DNA from: Octopus sinensis
Taxonomy: Eukaryota
Length of the DNA stretch: 64,000 nt
NCBI RefSeq assembly: GCF_006345805.1
Contig: NC_043000.1
Coordinates: forward strand, 142,104,001 to 142,168,000
Reading direction: 5' to 3'
Shown here: piece by piece, positions 53,217 to 64,000 of the stretch
Layout of the letters: every line of letters starts with the position of its first letter
Position numbering within the stretch: position 1 is the stretch's first letter
Notes under the pieces: model-generated
Database searches by the model: none
What the model saw: the letters and a program-made list of their open reading frames with translations, nothing else
Told to the model about the DNA's origin: nothing
Program-made: the position numbers and the translations under genes

Positions 53217-53961
53217 TCAATAATAATAACAACGAAAAATACCTTAGGAATGAGAATCTAGTTCGAAATTTTCTTTTTCAGTCGCATATTATATATAAAT
53301 GAAAGTTCGTTGAACACTATCTTGTTTAACGTGCTAGAAATAGCAACGATTATTGTAAGGCTTATAGCGTTCCAAGTAGCAATACCAACAAAATCACTTC
53401 TTCATTTAAAAAATATTATACCTGCTTATTACAGAATATTTATTTTATAAAAATATTCATTTATCAAACTCCGGAAACTGATAATATTCTTGAAATCGTC
53501 TCGTAGCAAAGTTATGTAGCTATTATTAAATTATCATTAATGAAAATAGAGACGAGCGAGAATGAGAGACTGGGGCAAATATAAACGTAAAATTCTGCTT
53601 GCAACGAATTAATAGTGTTTATTATTACCCATTAAAATCTACTCTGCAGTGAATGCAATGAATATTTAAATTTGCGTCAATAAACTTCAGAAATCGAAAT
53701 TATATGCAATTCTTAAAACATGATTTTATAAAAATATTTTCAGACTAGCTGGCAGAATTGTTAGCACGCTAGGCTTTAACCTTTACTGCTTTCGCGCTGA
53801 TCTCTTTACTGACAAGGAGACAGATAAGCGCGCATGCTGACACATACACACATAACGTGCATACGTATAATCATGAATATGTGCTTTAATTTTTAACATG
53901 TATAGTGTAAAATGTCCATTAGCACGACATTCTCCCAAATGATACCGAAATAAAATGAGTA

Positions 53962-54034
53962 TGAGCTTGCCAGGATTCGAACCTGGAATCTTCTGATCCG
54001 TAGTCAGACGCGTTATCCATTGCGCCACATGCCG
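53962..54034 (-). tRNA. tRNA-Arg(ACG), probably a pseudogene (5' acceptor strand replaced)
   Basis: TGTGGCGCAATGGATAACGCGTCTGACTACGGATCAGAAGATTCCAGGTTCGAATCCTGGCAAGCTCA matches the conserved animal tRNA-Arg-ACG body; 5' CGGCATG pairs poorly with 3' CAAGCTC; TTTT terminator about 7 nt downstream. Confidence 0.85.
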
Positions 54035-55568
54035 CTACGTTCTGAGTTCAAATTCTGACAAGGTCGACTTTGCCTTTCATCCTTTCGGGGTCGATTAAAT
54101 AAGTACCAGTTACGCACTGGTGTTGATGTAATCGAATTAGTCCCTTTGTCTGTCCTTGTTTGTCCCCTTTATCTTTAGCCCCCTTGTGGGCAATAAAGGT
54201 ATAAAAATATTGCTTTCTTTTAGTACTTTTAGTAATTGTTACATACCTAATCAATAAGCAGGTATCTCTTTTATAGTATAGATATAGTATAACCCAATGC
54301 ACCGATTCTTGTGCCAGAGTAACCATTGTAATAATGCGGCTATCACGTTTCCTTTTGTACTCCAGTTAACAAAGATCCATTTGAAATTTTAGCACAAATT
54401 ATAAATAATTTTTAATATCGGTGAGCTGGAAGTATCGTTAGCACATCCGGTAAAATTCTTTGCGGCAGTTCGGCCGTCTTTACGTTCTGAGTTCCAATTC
54501 TACCGAGGTCGAATTTACCTTTCATATCTTCGGGATCGATAAATTAAGTTGAGCACTGGAGCTGATGTAATTGAATTGCCTCATCCTTCGAAATTACAGT
54601 CCATTTGCCAAAATGTGAAACTAATATATATAAATATTTTGTTTAGATTTCCAAGAATTTTATATAAACAGTTCATTTTTAACACAAGATAATTAAATAA
54701 TTGTTTGCAAATTATATCGAAAACGTTGTCTCGATATCGATAAGTGATCAAGACAAGAATTAAATTCAAAGATAAGGGAGCTTTTTCTTTTTGCTTTTAC
54801 ATTTAAAAAAAATTTTCTGTAGAAGTAAAATATTTTTATAGACTTACCAAAATCTATTTCAAAAGATATCTTTAGTTTACGGGATTAAACGGAATTTTCT
54901 TTCGTATTTTTCAATATGTTCTTGACTATATTGTACTCTCGAGTGCCTGATGCGTTAAATGATTATACTTGAATTTAGATACGCTGTCTTGTTTTCTTCG
55001 TGTCTTTGTCGATGGTTCTAAGTTGCAATTTCAGAAACATTCAAGTCATTTGTTTATAGCAAATATACTTTATCAATAACTACTTGGTTTCATGGTAACA
55101 CCGCTATGCCTTTATCTCATCTCCATTTATACTCACCTAATTAAAATATATTTCCAGTTGATTACTGCCGTAGATGTTCCCGGAAACACATTGTATTGGA
55201 TTGCAATTGCATTTAATTAATATTTAGTATTAGATTGATTCCTTTGTAATATGTCTGCCTCATATTAATTACATTCCTATATATTAAACACATTAAGCTG
55301 AAGAGAGATCGGTGATCGTAAATCTTCGATTGCCCACAGACATTTTTGTCTACACGTTACAATACATGCAATGCGGGTGAGTGCTTAGAATAAGAGAAGA
55401 CCCTAATACAAAATTAGAATAGCATGAAGGACCTTACAGTAGTTTCAATGTTTGAAAATATGTGTTATTGTGAGTAATGCATCGATGAGTGATAGATTAG
55501 AGAATATTAAACTGAACGGGCAAAGTTCATTTTACGCGTAGCGATTTCTTGTGTATATCTATATTCGT

Positions 55569-55947
55569 GGAGGCGCAATGGCCCAGTGGTTAGGGCAGCG
55601 GACTCGCAGTCATAGGATCGCGGTTTCGATTCTCAGACTGGGCGTTGTGAGTGTTTATTGAGCGAAAACACCTAAAGCTCCACGAGGCTCCGGCAGGGGA
55701 TGGTGGTGATCGCTACTGTACTCTTTCACCACAACTTTCTCTCTCTTACTTCCTCTTTCTGTTGTACCTGTATTTCAAAGGGCCGGCCTTGTCACTCTCT
55801 GTGTCACGCTGAATATCCCCGAGAACTATGTTAAGGGTACACGTGTCTGTGGAGTGCTCAGCCACTTACACGTTCATTTCACGAGCAGGCTTTTCCGTTG
55901 ATTCGGATCAACCGGAACCCTCGTCGTCGTAACCGACGGAGTGCTTC
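55569..55947 (+). mobile_element. tRNA-derived SINE family B, full length
   Basis: Matches 41264-41607 and includes the roughly 30-nt segment missing there. Confidence 0.88.
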
Positions 55948-55959
55948 CATATCTACATT

Positions 55960-56120
55960 CCTTTATTGAAAAAGACACTATCCACACTGCTTGCAACACA
56001 GAGCGCAACATCAAGCAAGTGTTCAAAGATCTTCCCCGGGATACGGTGAGGAAAGTATGCATCAGGTTCCAGTGCAGTCCAGAAACCGTGGTGGGAGCTG
56101 AGTGCAGCTATTTTGTGTAA
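55960..56120 (+). mobile_element. Tc1/mariner-superfamily transposase C-terminal fragment
   Basis: IEKDTIHTACNT...IKQVFKDLPRDTVRKVCIRFQCSPETVVGAECSYF resembles the Tc1-like tail (...ACARFRSRLEAVVEAEGGYF). Confidence 0.55.
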
Positions 56121-56171
56121 GCCGTTATTTGTTGGGGACAAACACAAACACACAAACGTATACACACACAT

Positions 56172-56363
56172 ACGTCACGTGTGTACCGTTGGCGATTTTT
56201 TCCTCCGTCTTCCCTTCTTTGGATCTTTCCTTTTCATATGTTTCTGACGAAGAGCTCCGCTCGAAACGTTAAACCCGTCTTCTTTCCTGAGCGTCCAATA
56301 ACACTAAACTTGTTCCATGTCCTCGCGTTGTTGTGTTTTCTCTTTGTGATTTTACGTGTGGAT

Positions 56364-56370
<7 letters not shown>
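56172..56370 (+). mobile_element. Solo pLTR/retrozyme-like fragment next to (TA)n
   Basis: Contains the hammerhead below; related to about 32930-33050 in the opposite orientation. Confidence 0.6.
56240..56274 (+). ncRNA. Very compact minimal hammerhead motif (C3:G8)
   Basis: gttt-CTGACGA-a-GAGC(tcc)GCTC-GAAA-CG-T-T-aaac; ACGT palindrome, GUU site. Confidence 0.72.
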
Positions 56371-56401
<31 letters not shown>

Positions 56402-56404
<3 letters not shown>

Positions 56405-56560
56405 GACGGGCTTCTTTCAGTTTAGGTCTACCAAATCCACTCACAATGCTTTGATTAGCCCGACGCTATAGTAGAAGACATTTGCCCAAGAGGCCACACA
56501 GTGGGACTGAACCCGGAACCATGTGGTTCGTAAGCAAGCTACATACCACACTCCTATGCC
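56402..56560 (-). mobile_element. SINE family A, 5' half
   Basis: Reverse complement aligns to 22661-22825. Confidence 0.8.
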
Positions 56561-56826
56561 TATGCTTGTTTATTTTTTTCTAAAATTCCCGTTGCTTCTT
56601 TCAACCTCTTCAATAGTCGTTGACTCTGAGACTATTGAACAGATTGCAAGAAGTAAGAAAACTTTTAGGAAAACATAAATAAGTGGATATCGAACCAGTA
56701 AGTATGCTAATTAATAAGGCATTAAAACAGTATTACTCTCCCCAGACACAATAATATATATGTAATTTATAGAGAGAGTGTGTATAAATGAATAAATATA
56801 TATATTTATATCTATCCATCTATCTT

Positions 56827-56862
<36 letters not shown>

Positions 56863-56974
56863 ATATAAATATATATACATATATTTGTATGTATGTATAT
56901 ATGTATATATCTGTATATGTATCCATATGCACATGTATACATATATACACATATATACACAGAGATACACAGAG

Positions 56975-57026
<52 letters not shown>

Positions 57027-57235
57027 TTATAAACACACACATATACATACATATCCATTTGTGTTAGTTTTAACTACATTTATAAGTAAATATGTCTTTA
57101 GCAATTCATGGACAAGTGAATAGTCAATAAACACGAAAGTATATATTTGTGTTTGTGAGTGTATGTACGTATGTAATTTTTTGTGCTTTTATTCTATACG
57201 TTTGACACACATAGAAAGACTTATGCATATATTAC

Positions 57236-57296
<61 letters not shown>

Positions 57297-57704
57297 GAAT
57301 GTGTGCATGTGTGAGAGCAAGTATGTACGTGCATTAACGAAAACAAAGAAAGCAGAGACTGTCATAAATCTGTCAACTGATTCATGGTATGTTACTTAAA
57401 GTAGAATTGTAGAAGGTTTGCCGAAAGCTCATTGGTTGCATTCTATGTTATATGAAAAGGTTCTCTTAGGAATGGTATTACGATCCATAGAGACTGTCAT
57501 CAACTGATCTGCTTCGATACAAGAAGAAGATTACATATAAATAGATCTACTTTATTGTTAGGAACAAGAAAGAAGACGTAGGTATTAAAATTGCGCTGCA
57601 ACGCTGATAGTATCAAAACCCGAGAAACATATTTGCGAATTGAAACAGCCAGCACAATACACAAAAGGACAGGTAATACCGCACAGACGCTCGCACACAC
57701 ATAT

Positions 57705-57731
57705 AATATATTCAATATATATATAATATAC

Positions 57732-57823
<92 letters not shown>

Positions 57824-57933
57824 ATATATATTATATATATATATATGTATATATGTATATATATGTATATATATATGTATATATATATATGTATATGAAT
57901 ATATATATATGCATATATATGTATATATATACG

Positions 57934-57964
<31 letters not shown>

Positions 57965-58050
57965 TATATATATATGTATATATACACATATATATATGTA
58001 TATGTATACGTATGTAATATAAATATACATATATATACTGATGTATATAT
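57705..58050. repeat. Long degenerate (TA)n/(TATG)n tract
   Basis: Directly visible. Confidence 0.95.
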
Positions 58051-58846
58051 AAAGATACACATACATATATATTCCCACACACGCACACACACACGCACCT
58101 ATATGAGTGTGCAGATGTGTGTAAATAGATGGATATCCAGACATGTGTGTCTTTATGTATGAATGTAGATATGTAGATTAAGTATCTACTTCTTTTCTAG
58201 TATTTCTAAAGTATGTGAATACATATAAATCATTGAAACACACCATATATCAGTTTTATATATTTTCTGCGCCTTGATCTATCTCTTTATCTATATTTGG
58301 TGTACATACAGCCACACATGCTTCCACCAATTTCATGCGTAGTGACAAACGCACGGACACACAGATACAAACACACACATACACACACACACACATGCAC
58401 ACACATGTACACAACTATGTTTGAGATATTTATGTGTGAGTATGTGTATGTGTATTGAATCTATAGCTCAAGACTCTGGAGAAGTTTCTAACACAAAGTA
58501 TTAGAGCTCGACCTGTCTACGTTAGTATGTGCAGGAAAATGCCACGTACATCGTAAATTTAGAGCAATGCTTCTTACGAGAGATTATATATACATATATA
58601 ATTCTAGTTTAACCAGTTTTCGCTGAAATCAGAAAGTGCTTTGTTTGCCGGTTTACTGGTCTCTCTATCGGACTAACAAACTTTCCACTTAATATCAACG
58701 AGGAAACCAAATGATGACATAACCTTGCGCCTGTATCAAACCTGCGTTTTATTTGGATTACATATTAGCTGTTGAAGTTTCAATGTGTTAAAATGGCCCC
58801 AGCTTTGGCGCTGAAACAGTTTTAAGGATTTAAGGATTTTAAGGTA

Positions 58847-58910
<64 letters not shown>

Positions 58911-58990
58911 CAGACACACACACACAAACACACACACACATACACACATACACACACACACACACACACACAACACACACACACACATAT

Positions 58991-59049
<59 letters not shown>

Positions 59050-59057
59050 GCCAGCAA

Positions 59058-59280
59058 AAATTACGAGTGGTGTTCCTCAGGGAACTTCTCTTATAGTCTA
59101 AATAAACGACAATTCGAGCTTCATAAAACGCAGCAAAGTGAAAATATTCGCTGATGACTCCAAGCTCCAGGAAATTATCAATGAAGAAGATCGAAGTGAA
59201 CTCCAGTCTTATCTACATGCTGTGAGTCAATGGGCAAACAAAGACAAAATGCACCTGAACAGGGGGAAAATTTTTCATAG
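59058..59280 (+). mobile_element. CR1/Jockey-group RT fragment
   Basis: ITSGVPQG...VKIFADDSKL...LQSYLHAVSQWANKDKMHLNRGK. Confidence 0.8.
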
Positions 59281-59889
59281 AATAATTATTTATTATTTTA
59301 CAATTTTGACAAACGCTGAACAAGTGTATACAAGGGAATATGTTGCTGGTGTGAACGTTAATTTAATACAGTCGCAGAAGAATGTATATAACAAGACATA
59401 AATTGATTTGATTTTACTATATATATTTTTAACTATGTAACGTTATAGGCTGTAGAATACATGCTGACTAACGCAGTAAAAATATAGTGCGGCGTTGAAT
59501 ACTCACAGTGATGAAAGAGCATAGAAGGAATACGAAATGGACGCTAGGACTGTTAAAAAATCATTATCTTCAAACTGGTTACAATTAGTGGAATAACATT
59601 TCTATAATTATATTCAAAGAGCCGCGGAGGATTTCTACTTCAACAAGTTTCAGAATTTGTTATAATAACGAGTATAACATTTTCTTTTCAGATATTTTTG
59701 CGAGTAGTGTGAGTAGCTGTCAATTCAGTCAAATCACTCGTATCGTCGAAGATGATCCGTGGCGACATCCCACTTCACCAAGTAAGGATGCCTCATAACC
59801 CGTAAACTGCCACTTTCGTGTTGTTTCCCTTGCCTGTTACAGCAAGTATGAAGTGTCCTCTCCATATGCTCTCTCTCTGTCTCACTCAC

Positions 59890-59927
<38 letters not shown>

Positions 59928-60907
59928 GCAGCGTCCTCCCAGAATTTCGAAGTCCTTGGCTAAGCTAAATGCCTAGGCTCTAAATGCATGGAGAACGGGC
60001 AATTTGCACGCTCTCCCCCTCGACTAAACTGATTTATTCCAAAAGAGAGACAAGGTCAATACATTTGGAACCCGCAATGTTGCAAGTGCTGCCAGAACAT
60101 AGTTTGGATCATCCCTCCCCATCAACTAACTACCTTAGGGGCCCTCTCTCCGGATTTTCTGTTTGGGTTTACTCCTTTAGCATTTCATACTCCTGCATGT
60201 GTCTACAAGGCAGCAGAAACAGGCGCAGGTTGTACCATCTACTGTCATTTAGGTAGCAGCAGTAGTCTGACCTGACACACACAAACACTCTCACACACAC
60301 ACAAGGAAACACACACACACACACTCACACACACGCGCACACACAAGGATATACATAAAAACAAAAATGAAAATAAAGTGTAAAATGATATATATAGATA
60401 AGATATACCACTGAGAATTAGAAGATAACATATACATAAAAGTAAAAATATATAAGTAGAAATACGATTTAAAATTTAAAATATGACATATATATTACAA
60501 ACATTCATTTTTATTTCTATTTCTTTTCACAAACATTTTGTTGGATCGCCGTTGACTGTTCATGGAATTCCTCCGCCCTTTCACGGCTCTTATTTTTTTA
60601 TCTCGTAGGGTGTCCAACACACCCTCCTCACCAAGCAAGTCTGGTGGGGTTGCCAGTTTAGTCGCACACGACCCGACCATGCAACAGGTTGTACTGTATT
60701 ACATGTTACCAATAGCACACAAGAGCGACCTGACGATAGTTATATATATACACTAGATAACATCTGAAAGAACGTAAGTGCAGAGGCGTAAAAATTAAAC
60801 CTTAAACAGTGAAGCGCGCGCACACACACACACACTCATATACACTCGTAACTATACATATATATATATATATGCAGATATGTGTCTGTGTTTGCTAGTG
60901 TACACAG

Positions 60908-60908
<1 letters not shown>

Positions 60909-60949
<41 letters not shown>

Positions 60950-60950
60950 G

Positions 60951-61030
<80 letters not shown>
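60909..61030. repeat. (GATA)n tetranucleotide microsatellite
   Basis: Directly visible; a further mixed GATA tract lies at about 61825-61960. Confidence 0.97.
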
Positions 61031-61801
61031 AAATGAACAAACTAGGAAATATACTTTCAGGGCAAATAAAGAATAATTTTGTTTTAATGAACAATTACAT
61101 GTTATTCTAGAGCAAGATCTATCCACCGTTCGTTTATATTTCGTTTGTTGTGTATATGAAGTTCTTTCATTTCTATCTTTTGTATTCGTTTTATTCTGCA
61201 CACCAGAAATTTCATACCAAATTATTCGCTTTTATTTCAAAGTCAAGTCCTGCTTCTAATAGGTGTAATAAACATCAACATCAGATTTATTAGGCAATCA
61301 TTATATGCAGCTACAAATTAGCCCTTGCATCTCTGATAATGACGGGGCGAAACCCTAGCTGTAGGGTTGTATGTAACCATATACTTGTACGGCTATATAG
61401 ATATATGCTTTTTTTATGTTTCTCCATCACCATTACTTCCAAGTGTCAGAGAACAGTTTATGAAATCTATGCTGAGGTTCTGTAAGTGTGTATGCTGAAT
61501 GTGAATACGTCAAAACTAGGAGAAAAGGACGTAATTAATTTCGTGCTAATATATGCCTGCAATTAAACTGTAAGCGAACGAATATCTTGACGACAACCGA
61601 GAAAACTAATGTCATTGAAACCCGTCATTTCATATACGACGATGTACATGTGCAAATTGGCACCTATATACTAAGAGCATGTGTGAGTTTGTATGTATGT
61701 CTATGTAGGTAAATTCATATATACTTACATAAGCACAGACACACATGTATATGAAACTATATGTGAGAGTTTATGTTTATGTAAGTATATATACTTACAT
61801 A

Positions 61802-61856
<55 letters not shown>

Positions 61857-61984
61857 TAGATAGATAGGTAGGTATATAGATAGATAGTTAGTTAGATAGA
61901 TAGATAGATAGTTAGATAGATAGATAGATAGATGGACAGATAGAGAGATAGTTAGACATATAGAGAGATATATGTATGTATATA

Positions 61985-62028
<44 letters not shown>

Positions 62029-62247
62029 TATATATATATACATACATACACACACACACACGCACACGCACACACACATACACTCACACACACATACATA
62101 TATATAATTAATCCCCAAAAATGAAGATAGGGTAAACAACAACGCAAGGACGTGGTAATGCAAAGTATTAAAAGACGCGCAGGGAAGGAAAGAAAGGGTG
62201 TTTTACATGTGCGTATGAGTGCGTGTGTCAGTATGTATGTATGTATG

Positions 62248-62281
<34 letters not shown>

Positions 62282-63494
62282 TGTATGTATGTATGTTGAT
62301 AAACGCGAGTGTATTCGTATGTATACTAACCCTATCGTTTCTTAATAACTATAGGATTAACAAATGCATACGTTAATTCAAATCGACATTGAGTTTATGC
62401 ACTTCCAGTAAGATATGCTGTTACAATGTTTTATGTAAATATATTTCATTTTCTGCTTCTGTCATTCTATCTGACTCAATATGTTTATTTGTATATGTAC
62501 ACATGTATATGCATGTATATGCATACAATCACAGCATATATGGAGAGAGAGCCCTCAACCATTCACGTAAATATAGATGAAGATATGTATGTATGGGTCT
62601 GTGTATCTCATGATACTTATACATATACATATGTGAATATATATAACTTTCTGAGTATGCATAAATATACATGCATATATATGTACATATAAGTGTGTGC
62701 GTGTGCGTCTGTGTGTATTTTTTATATGGGTTTGTGTGTGTGAATGTATATACATATACAAATATATACAAATATAGAATTCCATATATACATCTTACTT
62801 AACGTATATAAAGTATAGGAAATCATATTGCTGCAATATTCACCTCAAGAGGTTTTCATGTATAGACGTATAGTGCTGAAAAGCAAACAAAAACGTATTG
62901 GTAGCAGACGAAAAGTGTCTAGTAACGATGGTTGAATCGCCAGATTATGATATATTTTCTTTATGTGCTTCAAAGCCAAGAGTTTAAATTATCGACCATT
63001 GCTTCTCACTGAGGAAAGTCTTTGCGTTTTAACACTATACGTTTATGCAATGAGCTGCCTCAAGAAGAATACATCAGTTTATTATCTTTTGTAAAACACA
63101 CGTTAAGGGGGATATAGAGAATGCTTTATTGGGCCAATATGTATTCGGTCGCTAAAGACGAATTTTTACCTATACTGTGAGTTATTTGCAATGCTAGTGC
63201 TTTGTTAATCACAATTTTGCAATATCAGTAGAAGGAAAGCATAAGATTGATTGTAGATACTTGCTACTGATGACATGCAAAGGAATAGAAATTCTGATTT
63301 AATAATTTCCCCAACGCTGGTGAAGAAGTTTTGTTTGATACTGACACATTTTTCTGAATTTTAGTTCTTACGTCTACATGCGATGCTCACCAAAGACAAA
63401 TTCAGTTTTAGTGGTTTTCTGTATTATATATACGTTACGTAACGTATACACAATAGTTTGTTGTGAAACACTTATTTCTACTGCATTGAATGTG

Positions 63495-63990
63495 TTTTAC
63501 ATAGGATGTGTGCGGTGTCTAGTAGTACTATTTTCAGTATGTTATATACACTTGTAACTGCTGGTATATTTGTTATGTTTTTGTCTGAACAGCATTTTGT
63601 CATACCTAATGTGCCTGCTATGATAGGAATTGTTTCTGTTTTTAGACTCCACATTCAAGTTACCTCCATTTCCAGATCTTTGTATTTTAAAGTGTCTCCG
63701 TTTCTTTTAGTGTTGGCATAGTTTCTAGTGTATATAGATCCCAACTCTCACGAGTCCTTCTTAGCCAGGACTGTGCAGCAACAAATATTCTGCTCGATAC
63801 CACAGATTTGCTTGTCCCTTGTTTAACCATAACCAGTTGAGCATGTCTCTTAGTGGTTGACGATATGTGCATCTCTGATCACGAGCAGAAGTGGTAGGGA
63901 AGCATTATAACCATGTGTTGAGAGGAATATTTTGACAAACTATCCAGAGACCTTTTGAGTGGAATAGGCTACTCGACCTGAAGAAAATTC
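63495..63990 (-). mobile_element. R4/Dong-like RLE non-LTR element 3' portion
   Basis: KYKDLEMEVT*MWSLKTETIPIIAGTLG and LDTAHIL remnants, frameshifted. Confidence 0.7.
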
Positions 63991-64000
63991 TAACTGGGCC

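Larger units (their letters stand above)
52225..53275 (+). mobile_element. Penelope-like element (Poseidon-like), 5'-truncated, inverted 5' pLTR + GIY-YIG remnant + truncated 3' pLTR
   Basis: TRRYLKFNSHHPYGVK, LCLPYVKSLSEK, KSCVYSIPCSCGRLYKGETCRP..IRVEEYRKAV (frameshifted); aatgagaacccaggttcgaaattt occurs inverted at about 52365-52390 and direct at about 53250-53272. Confidence 0.88.

Noticed and set aside
59700-60260. More GC-balanced unique segment with a polypyrimidine/AG acceptor at 59930-59931
   Set aside because: All three frames close within about 45 nt of the acceptor; it may be UTR or regulatory but cannot be supported from sequence alone.
60730-60780. CTGACGA-TAGT...ACTA-GATA and a nearby GTAAGT donor
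   Set aside because: GATA instead of GAAA and no stem I or III; the donor has no matching acceptor or ORF evidence.

Overview
AT-rich, microsatellite-dense eukaryotic intergenic or intronic DNA. The SINE families, (TA)n/(CA)n density and TE spectrum suggest an octopus-like cephalopod (inference, not verified). No host protein-coding gene can be called with confidence. Most ORFs in the track are translations of microsatellites, and the rest are decayed TE fragments: RTE, CR1/L2-like and R4/Dong-like LINEs, two Penelope-like elements (PLEs) with GIY-YIG remnants, mariner/Tc1, a non-autonomous Helitron and about 20 tRNA-derived SINEs. There is also one tRNA-Arg(ACG) with a damaged acceptor stem. 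The main signal is a set of small, non-coding, PLE-style elements, mostly embedded in (TA)n tracts. They carry minimal type-I hammerhead ribozyme (HHR) motifs with palindromic (dimer-type) stem III, partial tandem repeats and a fold-back (inverted) 5' end. Their cores include canonical C3:G8 plus the compensatory U3:A8 (25326-25370) and G3:C8 (13240-13289) variants. This suggests a diverse retrozyme-like system mobilised by Penelope machinery. All folds were read by eye; no activity or copy number could be tested.
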